DNA of 64,000 bases from Candidatus Calditenuaceae archaeon HR02 (GTDB lineage: Archaea; Thermoproteota; Nitrososphaeria_A; Caldarchaeales; Calditenuaceae): the NCBI GenBank assembly GCA_002898395.1, contig BEHE01000011.1:1-64000 (forward strand), given 5' to 3'. Shown here in pieces: positions 1-9,594 of the stretch. The position numbers were made by a program, and so were the translations under genes. The notes under the pieces are model-generated. The model searched no databases, was not told the DNA's origin, and saw nothing but the letters and a program-made list of their open reading frames with translations. Numbering within the stretch: the first letter of the stretch is position 1; every line of letters begins with the position of its first letter.

Positions 1-284
1 ACCTAAGGTCCAGTATTATCTCACCCCTCCTTATCAGCCTCTCATCAACCCTCCCCAAGTAGGAGCTCATCGATAAAGGGAAGTAACGGCAGGCCATAGG
101 CCTCACTCTTTATAAAGAACCACCATTAAAATCTAGAAGCACCAAGACAAAGCCAGAGAAAAGACTCAAGAGGCGAGAAAAGTCTATGAAATAAGCCACA
201 AGCACAGATTTAATATGTGGAATTCAATAACTGAGGTATCCACAGTACTCCGAACGATATCGGGAGTACTCGGCGTTTCATGAT

Positions 285-792
285 CTATGGTAGGACGTCA
301 ATGATTGCGCCCTTATGTGGGTGGAGGGTACAATAGACGTTATATTGGCCGGCGGTCTTGAAGGTGTATCTGAAGGTAGCGCCGGGGTTAACTGGGCCAG
401 AGTCGAATGCCACAGGCGCCTTCCCCTTCATCGTCGTGAAAGTATGCGGGGTCTCATCCTCGTTAACGTACTCGATGGTGTCACCCACATTGAGCGTCAC
501 TCTGCTGGGATTGAAGTACTTGTCGCTTATGATTGGCGGGTCTCCGAGCTTCCACCCTTCAGGAGGGAGATACGAGCCTTTCTGGCTGAGTTGCTGTGGT
601 GATGACGGTAACTGTACCGCCTAGGACTGTGGTTGTCTGGGTGGTGAGCAGCCTGGTCTCGGTAACGGTCTGGGTTAGGAGATAGGTCTCTGTGGCGGTC
701 TGGGCGGGTCTCCACGCGGCAGCGAGGACGAAGCCGAGGCCTATATCTAGCAGGAAGAGCACCAGTGCTATGGTAAGGGAGACCCTGGCCAT
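285..792 (-). pseudogene. Membrane-anchored cupredoxin (plastocyanin/halocyanin-like), split by a frameshift at ~560-620
   Basis: ATG at 792 gives MARVSLTIALVLFLL (TM/signal) and a Thr-rich stalk ending at TGA 559-561. The shifted frame continues PEGWKLGDPPIISDKYFNPSRVTLNVGDTIEYVN..PHT..YNVYCTLHPH to the stop at 285. Could also be an assembly indel. Confidence 0.7.
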
Positions 793-858
793 GGCCCTCC
801 AAGCGCATCCAAAGCTAATAAAAACAGCGCCGGCCACCGAGGGGGTGGAGGCGGGCCT

Positions 859-1575
859 TTGACACTTCTCGGGAGGCTTGAGCTCCAGAGGGGAACGGTG
901 CTCCGGAGGCTCAACAGGTTTGTGGTCGAGGCCAGGGTCGAGGGTGGAGTGGAGCGGCTCCACATCAGGAACACAGGGAGGCTGCACGACCTGCTATACC
1001 CCGGCGCATCCATCCTATACCAGCCACGGCCCGGCTTCAAGACAGCTGGCCTTGTCGTCGGCGTCGAGGCCGAGGAGGGCGTGGCGGCGCTGATAGACCC
1101 GGGACTCCAGGTCTTCTTTTTCGAGGAGGCGTGGCGGCTGGGGCTTGTGGGGTGGCTGAGGGAATGGAGGCTCGTTGCGAGGGAGGCGGCTTACCGCGGC
1201 TCTAGGCTCGACTATCTGCTGGAGGGGCCTGGCGGACGGCGCGGCTTGATGGAGGTTAAATCGGCCGTCTATCTCTCTGGCGAACGGCTCTGCATGTATC
1301 CTGACACGGTTTCTCTTCGGGGGCGGAGGCATGTCGAGCGGCTCATCGAGGCTGTCTGCGAGGGCTTCAGGGCGGTCATAGTCTTCATCTCGGCCCACCC
1401 CTTCTGCGAAGGGTTCAGGCCTTGCTGCGAGGTCGACCCAATGCTCTGCAAGACTTTGGAGAGGGCTGTGGCCGCTGGTGTCGAGGTTCACGCAGTCAAG
1501 ATGCGTCTGGGTGAGAGTGGAGAGGTGCACCTAGACTCTGACGACCTTCCAGTCAGGCTGGACGGCTGGTGCTGA
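859..1575 (+). CDS. sfsA: SfsA family DNA/RNA nuclease (sugar fermentation stimulation protein)
   Basis: RLNRF, HIRNTGRL, SRLDY, EVKS and YPDTVSLRGRRH motifs. Confidence 0.92.
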   Translation: MTLLGRLELQRGTVLRRLNRFVVEARVEGGVERLHIRNTGRLHDLLYPGASILYQPRPGFKTAGLVVGVEAEEGVAALIDPGLQVFFFEEAWRLGLVGWLREWRLVAREAAYRGSRLDYLLEGPGGRRGLMEVKSAVYLSGERLCMYPDTVSLRGRRHVERLIEAVCEGFRAVIVFISAHPFCEGFRPCCEVDPMLCKTLERAVAAGVEVHAVKMRLGESGEVHLDSDDLPVRLDGWC

Positions 1576-1583
1576 GGCGCGTG

Positions 1584-1976
1584 CTAGTCCTCCCTCTCGA
1601 CTATCTGTCCCAAGTACGTGTATACTCCGGTCTTCAGGACCTTCAGGCTGAGGAGGGCGCACTTTAATCTCACGGGGCTCAGTTCAATCCCCAACATGTC
1701 GAGTATCTGCTGCCTGTCAATATTCTTGACATCCTCGAGCCTCATGCCCCTAACCCTCTCTGTCAGCATGGAGGCTGAGGCCTGGCTGATCGCACAGCCC
1801 TTCCCTCTGAACTTGATGTCCTCGACGACGCCATCCCTCACCTTAATGTGCATCTCAACCACGTCGCCGCAGAGTGGGTTAGAGTCCTTCACGCGGATGT
1901 CGGCATCCAGTAGCTCGCCATAGTTCCGCGGATTCCTGTAGTGGTCGAGGATATTCTCAAGCTCGGGTGAAGCCAT
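1584..1976 (-). CDS. sufU: SufU/IscU (NifU-N) Fe-S cluster scaffold
   Basis: ILDHYRNPRN, NPLCGD, GCAISQASAS, RLKCA. Confidence 0.9.
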   Translation of the reverse strand: MASPELENILDHYRNPRNYGELLDADIRVKDSNPLCGDVVEMHIKVRDGVVEDIKFRGKGCAISQASASMLTERVRGMRLEDVKNIDRQQILDMLGIELSPVRLKCALLSLKVLKTGVYTYLGQIVERED

Positions 1977-2047
1977 CTAAACTAGCAAGGATGGCCGCAT
2001 AATAATAACTTTTAAAGAGCGTTAAGATGTGAGTAATCAGGGATAGG

Positions 2048-2857
2048 CTATCTGTGGACAGGCTTCAACACTATTTTGCAGCCACTATCCCCCATGTTTA
2101 TGCACTCCACCTCCTCAGACTCATACCTATCATCCTCAAAGACCTCCACGACGCCCTCGATCATCCCCCTAACCCACTGGCAGGTGGGTGGCTGCCTAAT
2201 ATCCCTGAGAAGAGAGCATTCTAGGTTATCGGTTAGGACTGCCGTGACAGTCTTTCCCTCCCCGCGGTTCAGGCTCATAGACCTCACATACCCGAGGGCG
2301 CGGAAGAAGAGCTCGGCACCCCTATACTGCGCCTCCAAACCCTTGATGCTCAGGGTATCGGAATATATTCTAGCCGCAGTATTCCCGATGCTCTTTCCAG
2401 CGTGGTAGAGGAAGACGGCGCCAGCATCTCCGAAGGTCTTGTAAAGCCCGTTGAGAAATCCTCTGAGCGCCGGTACCCCCAGTACTATGGCGCGATTCCC
2501 GAGGAACCCCTTGTAGTCGGAGTAAGTGTCCCCCATGATACCAGGGACTGGTGTAGTGAGTATCTTGGGAGAGCTGATTATTTTTGAAGATTCGAACTCA
2601 TGTATGAGGTCTCTCAAAACATCCTCCTCCACACTCCCCATATCTATGATTGCAAAGAGGAGGAGCTCGGTGGGGTTTGCTGAGTTGGGTGTGGCCTCGA
2701 CCGAGAGTGGGTTCAACCCCCTCTTTACAAGCTCTTGGATGACCCGCTGTAGGCTTGGCCCAGCGTCCGTGATCCTCGCACCCAGACCAGCCACCCGCCT
2801 ACCCGGAAAATGGCTTAGTAATAGAAGATCCCTGAAAACAATGTCTTTATTCAACAA
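2048..2857 (-). CDS. V4R domain protein with N-terminal ACT-like domain
   Basis: C-terminal LEC..PTCQWVRGMIEG..EEVECINMGDSGCKI V4R pattern and a LYHAGKSIG helix. Confidence 0.8.
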   Translation of the reverse strand: MLNKDIVFRDLLLLSHFPGRRVAGLGARITDAGPSLQRVIQELVKRGLNPLSVEATPNSANPTELLLFAIIDMGSVEEDVLRDLIHEFESSKIISSPKILTTPVPGIMGDTYSDYKGFLGNRAIVLGVPALRGFLNGLYKTFGDAGAVFLYHAGKSIGNTAARIYSDTLSIKGLEAQYRGAELFFRALGYVRSMSLNRGEGKTVTAVLTDNLECSLLRDIRQPPTCQWVRGMIEGVVEVFEDDRYESEEVECINMGDSGCKIVLKPVHR

Positions 2858-2908
2858 GGGTGTATTACTAGTTTTTTATAATATTTATTTCTTATGGCAC
2901 ATCTGAAT

Positions 2909-3030
2909 GGGTCCGTTAAGTTGGTATTACTGAGAGATGCTGCCTGGATGAATAAATCGCCTCAACCATTGCCTATAGTTGGTTTTAAGACTTATAAACT
3001 AGCAACTCTTAAATAAAACTTAACGGACCC
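2909..3030. mobile_element. 122-bp MITE with 14-bp terminal inverted repeats and a 9-bp target-site duplication
   Basis: GGGTCCGTTAAGTT (2909-2922) and AACTTAACGGACCC (3017-3030), flanked by identical CATCTGAAT at 2900-2908 and 3031-3039; no ORF inside. Confidence 0.9.
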
Positions 3031-3067
3031 CATCTGAATAACATAAATGCCTACAGAGTCTGCACAG

Positions 3068-4606
3068 CTACTCGCCGTTCAGTACTACGACATCCAGCGC
3101 CATGTTCATCTCCCTGCAGAGCCTGTAGATCCTCTTCTGACATTTCCTGACATACACTTTCATGTACTCTGGTGGGATCTCGATTCTCAGCTGGTCGCCC
3201 ACCACCCTCAGCCTGTATCCGCGGATGTGCTTGCCAAGTATTGATGAGGCGATGTCGGCTACTTTGTTGTCTGCCCCGCCCTCGGCGCGCCCTCCTCCCT
3301 CGACTGCAGGCACTATGAATGTTCTCTCACCGAAGACGTATAGCTCGTATTCTATATTACCTGTCAGAAAGTCCTTCACTAGGACGGTCGGCCTGGCCAG
3401 GTCGGCCTTCCTCAATCCCCTCGGAACCTTCACGACGACCTCGAGCGTGTATATCTTGGAGACTGCGCCCTTATCCATGAATATCACAGTGTCTATGACG
3501 GATGGGATTACGCCGATGTCGAGCCTCTGCGCAATCCGCTGGATGGCGTCGATGGGCGTCGTGGCGTGGATGACGCCGACCATCCCAATCCCAGCCAGCC
3601 TCAGGTCGATGAATATCTTGAAGTCGTCCGTATCCCTCATCTCGTCGAAGACAGTGTAGTCTGGCCTGCTGAGCAGGAGGACGTCGTAGAGCTCGCCGTG
3701 CGTCGCCGCTGACTTGGAGTACTGTGTAATCTCGCTCGAGACCTGGAGGTCGCGGGGGCTCTCTATTGTCTTGACTACCATGCCGAGAGACCTGTAATAC
3801 TCAGCCAATGCCTGGGCGAACGTTGACTTCCCCATCCCCGGCGGCCCAGCCACGAGTATGCCCTCGGCCTTCTCTACAAGCCTCGCCATGAGACTTGGAT
3901 GCAAGTCATAGTCCTCAAGGCTCTTCCTCACTATCGGCCTCACGACCGTGACCTCTAAGCCGTCACTCAATGGGGGCCTCGTGATTACTATCCTGAAGTC
4001 CCGGAGCTGGACGATCATGGTGTCACCCTTCTCCACCTCTATGAACGACTCTCTCCCAAGCGTTGAGTAGACATCCATCATTATCTGGGCTATGATGAGC
4101 TCGAGTTCCTCCCTACTCATCGGCCTGCTTGAGAGCTCTTCAAACCTCCACGCACCCGGAACCCCCTTCTTAACTCTCGGAGGGACAGACTCCTTAAGGT
4201 GAAGGGACATCACACTCCCCTGGAATATCTTTTCGAGGTCTAGGATCTTGCTCGGGGCGAGGTATCTGAACCTGATTGAGAGGGCCTCGCAGAGCCTAGC
4301 TGTGACTGGGTCTGAGGTCACCACTTCTCCGCCGCTATTCACTGCGAGCGTTCTCAATGCGGTCCTCAAATCCGCTGCGCCACCCTCAACATCCACGATC
4401 TCCATGGCTGCTCCAGCCCGCTCGCACGCCTCCCTCAAACTCTTGAAAGCGTTAATGCCCGCCTCATCCCCCCGCCTAAGCTTCTCCTCCAAACTCCTCA
4501 AAATCCCAGAGTACACTAGCACCTTACCGCCAAAACCATTCTCCAAAACCCATCTCTCCATAAGCCTAGACGTTATAACTAGCTCATCTGGAATAAGCAC
4601 CTGCAT
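3068..4606 (-). CDS. PINA-type PIN domain + P-loop ATPase
   Basis: Divergent N-terminal PIN region, Walker A GPPGMGKST, ESPRDL, RPDYTVFDEMR, GMVGVIHAT..DAIQR, DLARP. Confidence 0.88.
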   Translation of the reverse strand: MQVLIPDELVITSRLMERWVLENGFGGKVLVYSGILRSLEEKLRRGDEAGINAFKSLREACERAGAAMEIVDVEGGAADLRTALRTLAVNSGGEVVTSDPVTARLCEALSIRFRYLAPSKILDLEKIFQGSVMSLHLKESVPPRVKKGVPGAWRFEELSSRPMSREELELIIAQIMMDVYSTLGRESFIEVEKGDTMIVQLRDFRIVITRPPLSDGLEVTVVRPIVRKSLEDYDLHPSLMARLVEKAEGILVAGPPGMGKSTFAQALAEYYRSLGMVVKTIESPRDLQVSSEITQYSKSAATHGELYDVLLLSRPDYTVFDEMRDTDDFKIFIDLRLAGIGMVGVIHATTPIDAIQRIAQRLDIGVIPSVIDTVIFMDKGAVSKIYTLEVVVKVPRGLRKADLARPTVLVKDFLTGNIEYELYVFGERTFIVPAVEGGGRAEGGADNKVADIASSILGKHIRGYRLRVVGDQLRIEIPPEYMKVYVRKCQKRIYRLCREMNMALDVVVLNGE

Positions 4607-4677
4607 GCCCTTACGCTACGACCCTCTACACCATTACCATTCCAGCCTCTCTATTTTAAGATCTCCACCGCCTCCTA

Positions 4678-4908
4678 TTTTCTTGGCTTGTTTCTAAAGT
4701 TTTGTGTTGCACATCTAATCTGTTCTGTGTTTAGTTTATGTATTGTTGGTGTTTTGAGCAGTATTTAAATCCCCTACCATACGCACAGCTACCCGCGGCT
4801 GGGTAGTATCTTAGATTCACATTCTCAAGCCTTATTTTGAGGGTGTCTGTGGAGTAGTCCTTGAGTAGTCTCACCCTGATTGGCCTATCCCTGTTTAATA
4901 ATAGCTCA
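4678..4908 (-). repeat. Dispersed repeat copy 1: decayed 3' end of a gene with a C-terminal zinc finger
   Basis: Aligns by eye to 50318-50527; reads ELLLNRDRPIRVRLLKDYSTDTLKIRLENVNLRYYPAAGSCAYGRGFKYCSKHQQYIN*. Confidence 0.8.
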
Positions 4909-5519
4909 TAGTTATGTATTGGTTAGGGAGGCTCTAGCTGAGTTACTGACTTATGTTGATTCCAGTAAGTCATACAGGAGGGCTCGTGGATACTTGAGGC
5001 TGTATCGAGAACGATCAAATAATAGGAGGTATGGACATGAGGCACAAAAGCATCAGAAAGACCTGCGATAGCGGTAATCGGTAAATATAAGCCGAGGGCT
5101 AGAGAACAGGAGGATGTGCTGATGAGAATATGGCTGACATACAAGCAGGAGAGCCAGAGGCCGGCGGGCATACCGGCCCAGCAACAGGGATAAAACCCAA
5201 GAGGCCGGCATGTCCTCTATTTTAGCGGACTGGCGCTCTCGCCAGTCATGTCCTTAAATAAAACAGCCATCCTCTCTTAGGTTTCCTAGATATTGTTTGG
5301 GCTGGTTCTCCGCCGGGCTAATCCCCCCATTCTTCCATCATTTGAGCGTTTAGCCCACCACCATGATTCTCGAGATTTTAAGATGGAGAGACCGCAGAGA
5401 CCCTCCCTGGTCCCGGATGCTAAGACCACTTAAGCGCCGCGCCTTACGAAAATCTCAGCATCTCCGGTCTAGTTGGGGGAGCAAACACAGTGGAGCAAAA
5501 AGAACCCTTCTTCCCCGCC

Positions 5520-6584
5520 TTACTGGATTCCCTCCCATCTACCGCTTTTCATCGACCTGTATGCAGCGTCTAGGATCTTGTTGACGATGTAGCCATCCCT
5601 GTAGGTTTCCCTCGGCATCCTCCCCTCAGAGAAGGCTTGTATGAAGTGTTGGAGCTCGTGCAGGTATCCGTAGAGCTCGTGCTCACGCCAGATGGGGTAC
5701 ATCCACCCCCGCGCAACCTCCGCCTTCTCAACCACGTAGCCAACCCTCTCCTCAGGAGCCACCGTGAAGACCCTCACACCGGTCTCCCGGGTCACGTCTA
5801 TGAAAGCTGCACCCTCAGAGCCGTAGACCTCATACCTTAGGTCCAGCCCCCCATGGGCCGCCCAGCTGTTCTCGGACTGGCCCACCTGCCCGCCCCTATA
5901 CCTTACAAAGGCGAGGCTGTTGTCCTCAGCCCTGGTCCTCGATCCGTGGACCAGCGTGGCCCCCCACCCCATAACCTCAACCGGCTCGTCTCTGATGAAG
6001 TAGCGTGCGACCTCGACAGAGTGGCAGCCCATGTCTAGTAGGGAGCCCCCGCCTGAGAGCTCTGGGTTCCAGAACCAGTCGGAGTGCGGCCCGAAATGCG
6101 CCTCCCTAGTCCTAACCCAGAAGACCCTGCCCAGCGAGCCGTTATCAATCATCTCCTTAACCCGCGTGATCTGTGGGGCAAAGACCTGGTTCTCAGCATA
6201 GCCGTGTAGGACCTTATGCCTCTCAACCGCCCTTAGCATCTTTTCCGCCTCGTCGGCATTTCTGCCTAGGGGCTTCTCGCAGATCACGTTCTTGCCGTTT
6301 TCCGCCGCGTGTACCGTGGCCTCGAGGTGGAGGAAGTTGGGGAGGCAGATGAGGACAGAGTCTATCTCAGGGTCCCTGCACAACCCCTCCAGATAGTTGT
6401 CGCCGTGATACGACTTCTTCACACCGAATCTCTTGGCCAGCTCCTCCACTGTCGCCTGCCTCCTGCTTCCTATCGCTACGACCTCGACGCCCGGAATCTC
6501 CCTCAGTGAGGGCAGATGGAAGTAAGAGACGACGAAGCCAGAGCCTAGTATGCCTAGCTTTACGGAGCCCATACCGCGCATCAC
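5520..6584 (-). CDS. Gfo/Idh/MocA family oxidoreductase
   Basis: GILGSGFV Rossmann motif, CEKP, GGGSLLDMGCH. Confidence 0.92.
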   Translation of the reverse strand: MMRGMGSVKLGILGSGFVVSYFHLPSLREIPGVEVVAIGSRRQATVEELAKRFGVKKSYHGDNYLEGLCRDPEIDSVLICLPNFLHLEATVHAAENGKNVICEKPLGRNADEAEKMLRAVERHKVLHGYAENQVFAPQITRVKEMIDNGSLGRVFWVRTREAHFGPHSDWFWNPELSGGGSLLDMGCHSVEVARYFIRDEPVEVMGWGATLVHGSRTRAEDNSLAFVRYRGGQVGQSENSWAAHGGLDLRYEVYGSEGAAFIDVTRETGVRVFTVAPEERVGYVVEKAEVARGWMYPIWREHELYGYLHELQHFIQAFSEGRMPRETYRDGYIVNKILDAAYRSMKSGRWEGIQ

Positions 6585-6637
6585 TCTACTATCTAGACTG
6601 GTAAAAAGCTTTGTCCTCTATTGGTCCGGCAACAGGA

Positions 6638-7591
6638 CTAGGTGACACCAATCCGAGCCCGGCTTAGAGCCTCAACCCTCCTTATCGCGGCGAGCGACTG
6701 GCCGAGCATGCATAGGCCCCAGAAACCGTTCACGAGCGCAAGGGAATAGTTTATGCTTGCGTAGAGTGAGCCGGCTAGCGACCCGACATCAAGCCGGCCA
6801 TTGTTAAGCTCGTTTAAACCGGCCCAGAGAATCATGAAGGGCAGAGAAGTGCCGGACAGTAGTCCCGTGAACCAGAAGACCCTGTCATAGTGTATCAGCC
6901 TAGATATCCCGCTCAGCCACCTGTCAAGAGAGTACTGGAAGCCATGAAGCTCCTCCCTCCCACCGTTCAAAAGCCTATCTGCAAAATGTATGCTCTGGCT
7001 GTAGAAGCTTCTCTCGACGTTCCTCGCCTGCTCGGCCCGCCTGACGTAATATTCGGTAGCTGCGAAAAGCGGAGGGACTAGGGAGAGGGAGATAAGGCCG
7101 AGGAATGTGCTGAGCTGCACCATAGCAGCGAGAGAGGCCAACATCGTCAAGAAGCTTGGAAGAATTACGGTAAGGCTCGTTGAATTATTCCAAATAATAA
7201 AGTCGACGTCGCTCACAACCCGCCCTATGACGTCCTTGGAGTCGCCGCCCGCAATAGCCTCGCGGCTAACGATACTCCTCTTAATCTCCACGATTCCACG
7301 GGCCATGTATTGCCAGAAGGGCTTTAAGAGCCACTCACTCGCTGAGACGGCTAAAGCCACTATACCGAGCGACAGCAGCCCATGGTTAAGCAGTCTCGTA
7401 TCGGTGGGCGAGGAGCTTAACGCCGCCACCACATCCCTCAGGATTAATGGAAGCATCATGCCGAGAGCGATGGACCTGATGAGGAACGTCGCAGAGGCGA
7501 ATACTAGCCCCCTGAAGGTGTTTCTCCGACCAACACCTTCAAGCATAAACTTCGTAGTCGTCCCCAGCACCTCAGCAATCTTCAGAACCAT
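6638..7591 (-). CDS. ABC exporter transmembrane domain (no nucleotide-binding domain)
   Basis: About six hydrophobic helices, DVIGRVVSDVD, GRLDVGSL, and ends at AAIRRVEAL where an NBD would normally begin. Confidence 0.7.
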   Translation of the reverse strand: MVLKIAEVLGTTTKFMLEGVGRRNTFRGLVFASATFLIRSIALGMMLPLILRDVVAALSSSPTDTRLLNHGLLSLGIVALAVSASEWLLKPFWQYMARGIVEIKRSIVSREAIAGGDSKDVIGRVVSDVDFIIWNNSTSLTVILPSFLTMLASLAAMVQLSTFLGLISLSLVPPLFAATEYYVRRAEQARNVERSFYSQSIHFADRLLNGGREELHGFQYSLDRWLSGISRLIHYDRVFWFTGLLSGTSLPFMILWAGLNELNNGRLDVGSLAGSLYASINYSLALVNGFWGLCMLGQSLAAIRRVEALSRARIGVT

Positions 7592-7723
7592 CGACGAGGA
7601 TACTGCTTAAGCCCACCATTTTAGGCTAACCCAACCGAAGACCCGACAGCTAGCAAACCAGCAAGCCGTCTCCAACAAGACCAGCCTCTCCAGCCCATAA
7701 TTTGATTAATACGTGTGATTATA

Positions 7724-7777
7724 GATGCGTTTATAGACGGGTTTATAACGCTACGGATGCGTTATAGACGGTTTATA
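7724..7777. promoter_or_regulatory. Imperfect 22-24-bp direct repeat upstream of the AbrB-like gene (candidate operator)
   Basis: GATGCGTTTATAGACGGGTTTATA (7724-7747) and GATGCGTTATAGACGGTTTATA (7756-7777); the second copy runs into a TATA-like TTTATATTA. Confidence 0.55.
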
Positions 7778-7800
7778 TTATACATCAGTATTACCATTAT

Positions 7801-8064
7801 GTGTTGGCTGGCCTCGCCGAGGTGAAGGAGGTTAAGGTGACCAAGACGCTCAAGCGTTACTGGAGGCTCAGGGTTCCGAGGGAACTGGCCCGTGGCGCCG
7901 CCTTTACCGTGATTGAGGCAGGAGGGGAGAGGTGGCAGGTAAGCCTAGACAAGCATGGGAGAGTCTATGTCCCCACCAGGCTCAGACCCATGTTCGAGAA
8001 GGCTAAGACAATGGTCATCAGGAGGGAGGACGACACAGTAGTCGTCAAACTCCTAAGCTTCTAA
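7801..8064 (+). CDS. Small basic AbrB/MazE/MraZ-like swapped-hairpin DNA-binding protein
   Basis: Two repeats: TLKRYWRLRVPRELAR and SLDKHGRVYVPTRLR. Confidence 0.65.
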   Translation: MLAGLAEVKEVKVTKTLKRYWRLRVPRELARGAAFTVIEAGGERWQVSLDKHGRVYVPTRLRPMFEKAKTMVIRREDDTVVVKLLSF

Positions 8065-8070
8065 ACCCCG

Positions 8071-8277
8071 TTATCCCTTATTTGAGAAGATCTTCCCCCT
8101 AACAACCAGTACTAGGACTAGAGTGTTCCAGAGGAGGCTGAAGATTATCCAGAGGGTTATTTCCAAGGCCCCATACATCCTCATGCTACGGAGGTATAGG
8201 AGGCCTAGGATGGGTGGGAGGGCGAGGATGAGGGCTAAGGTTGTCGCGCGGCCGAGAATCCTCGCGTATTGTGCCAT
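8071..8277 (-). CDS. Small two-TM membrane protein
   Basis: Two hydrophobic segments; purine-rich RBS-like sequence upstream. Confidence 0.55.
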   Translation of the reverse strand: MAQYARILGRATTLALILALPPILGLLYLRSMRMYGALEITLWIIFSLLWNTLVLVLVVRGKIFSNKG

Positions 8278-8314
8278 TTCACAGCACGCTCTTCCTCCCG
8301 CCCCTATAACCCCC

Positions 8315-8557
8315 CTAATCCACCTCCTTCATCCCAGACCTAATCCTAAGTAGAAGCCGTCTGTGGGCCTGGATAGACCTTAAAAGCCCCGCCTTAAGCT
8401 CCGCCCTCTCACTCCTGCTGATGTTCTGCCTCTTCCTAAAGTCCTTCTTAACAGATTCCCCGATCCTTCTAGCCGGCTCAATATCGTCACTAACCCTGCT
8501 GGTAGCCTGAGACCAGAAACCCCGCACCCTCAGCCTAGTCCTAACATCAGCTATCAA
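8315..8557 (-). CDS. Small basic hypothetical protein
   Basis: ORF fills the gap between co-oriented genes; no motif recognised. Confidence 0.4.
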   Translation of the reverse strand: MIADVRTRLRVRGFWSQATSRVSDDIEPARRIGESVKKDFRKRQNISRSERAELKAGLLRSIQAHRRLLLRIRSGMKEVD

Positions 8558-8595
8558 TGCGCGACTACATGGGTGATGCCTGTATTTAGTTTGTT

Positions 8596-9372
8596 CTAAC
8601 TCCTCCTCAGGTCCTGCTGCGCCTCGCTAATCCTTGCATCTAAGAGTCTCAGGACACGCTCGGGCTCAAGGTCAATAACCCTGCCACAGTAGCTGCAATG
8701 GAGCCTGAAGAGCAGGTGTTTAGCGCTTGCATCCCTGCAGACCTCTTCGCGGGGGAGGTGGAAGAGGTTCAGCTCCCTGCAGACTGTGCACGGTATCCTG
8801 GCCATCTCGCCCTCCATCGGTAGCGGGTCCTCTTCAAGGAGGCCAGAGACTACGTAGAGGCGCTGGACTGGTACTTCCCTACCACTCCTCTTAAGTAGCG
8901 TCTTGAGCCTCTCCAGCTCAAGCTCCTGCATCGCAACCCTCTCCCTAAGTTGGGCAGTAGTCCTCTCCAGTGACCTATAGACCCACCTAGGGACTAGATA
9001 GCTCTGTAGGGCCGGCAGCAGAGCTCTTGCGACAGTCTCCTTGGCCCGCTCAGCCGCCCTCACATGGGCTCCCTTAGCAACCGCTAGCCTGGCCAGGCTC
9101 TGGAGCGCCTCAGCAGCGTTCTCCAGGTCGTCTGGATTAGTGTTTCCGCTCATTATTACACGTGCTACCGCCTCGCCAAGCTCAGAGGGCTGGGGGCGGC
9201 TCGCCCTCCTCGCCAAGGCGTCCTGTAGTACCTCTAGCACCTTCTCCCCCTCCGACAACACGCCGTGCTTCTCAAGCTCTCTTAGGACTGAGATTAGGAA
9301 GCCTGGGCCAGTGTTGAGCCTTCTGAGCTCAGCTATGAGCTCTCCGAACTCCGCCGACGAGATGAAGACCAT
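8596..9372 (-). CDS. Hypothetical coiled-coil protein with C-terminal zinc finger
   Basis: Probable start MVFISSAEF after a GGGG-rich RBS; CTVC..CSYC pair. Confidence 0.65.
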   Translation of the reverse strand: MVFISSAEFGELIAELRRLNTGPGFLISVLRELEKHGVLSEGEKVLEVLQDALARRASRPQPSELGEAVARVIMSGNTNPDDLENAAEALQSLARLAVAKGAHVRAAERAKETVARALLPALQSYLVPRWVYRSLERTTAQLRERVAMQELELERLKTLLKRSGREVPVQRLYVVSGLLEEDPLPMEGEMARIPCTVCRELNLFHLPREEVCRDASAKHLLFRLHCSYCGRVIDLEPERVLRLLDARISEAQQDLRRS

Positions 9373-9594
9373 TGAACCCCCGCTACTCTCGTCGCTCGGC
9401 AGTAAATTCACCCCCAGCCTCCACAGACACGTAGAAAAAAGCTTTAGCGAGGCGCCCAAGAAGCACCGACTTCTCAGGAAATACTCTGAGCAGCATTCAT
9501 GTAATATGTGCGCCACCCCCCAGCCAGTTGCCTGATCTGTACCCCACCGCGGGGCTGAAACATTTTATAAGGCTCTGAGCGCGGCTCCACTCCG

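Noticed and set aside
244-270. Inverted repeat AGTACTCC..GGAGTACT after the cupredoxin stop
   Set aside because: A real 8-bp stem, but single-copy with no T-tract or TSD, so no function can be supported.
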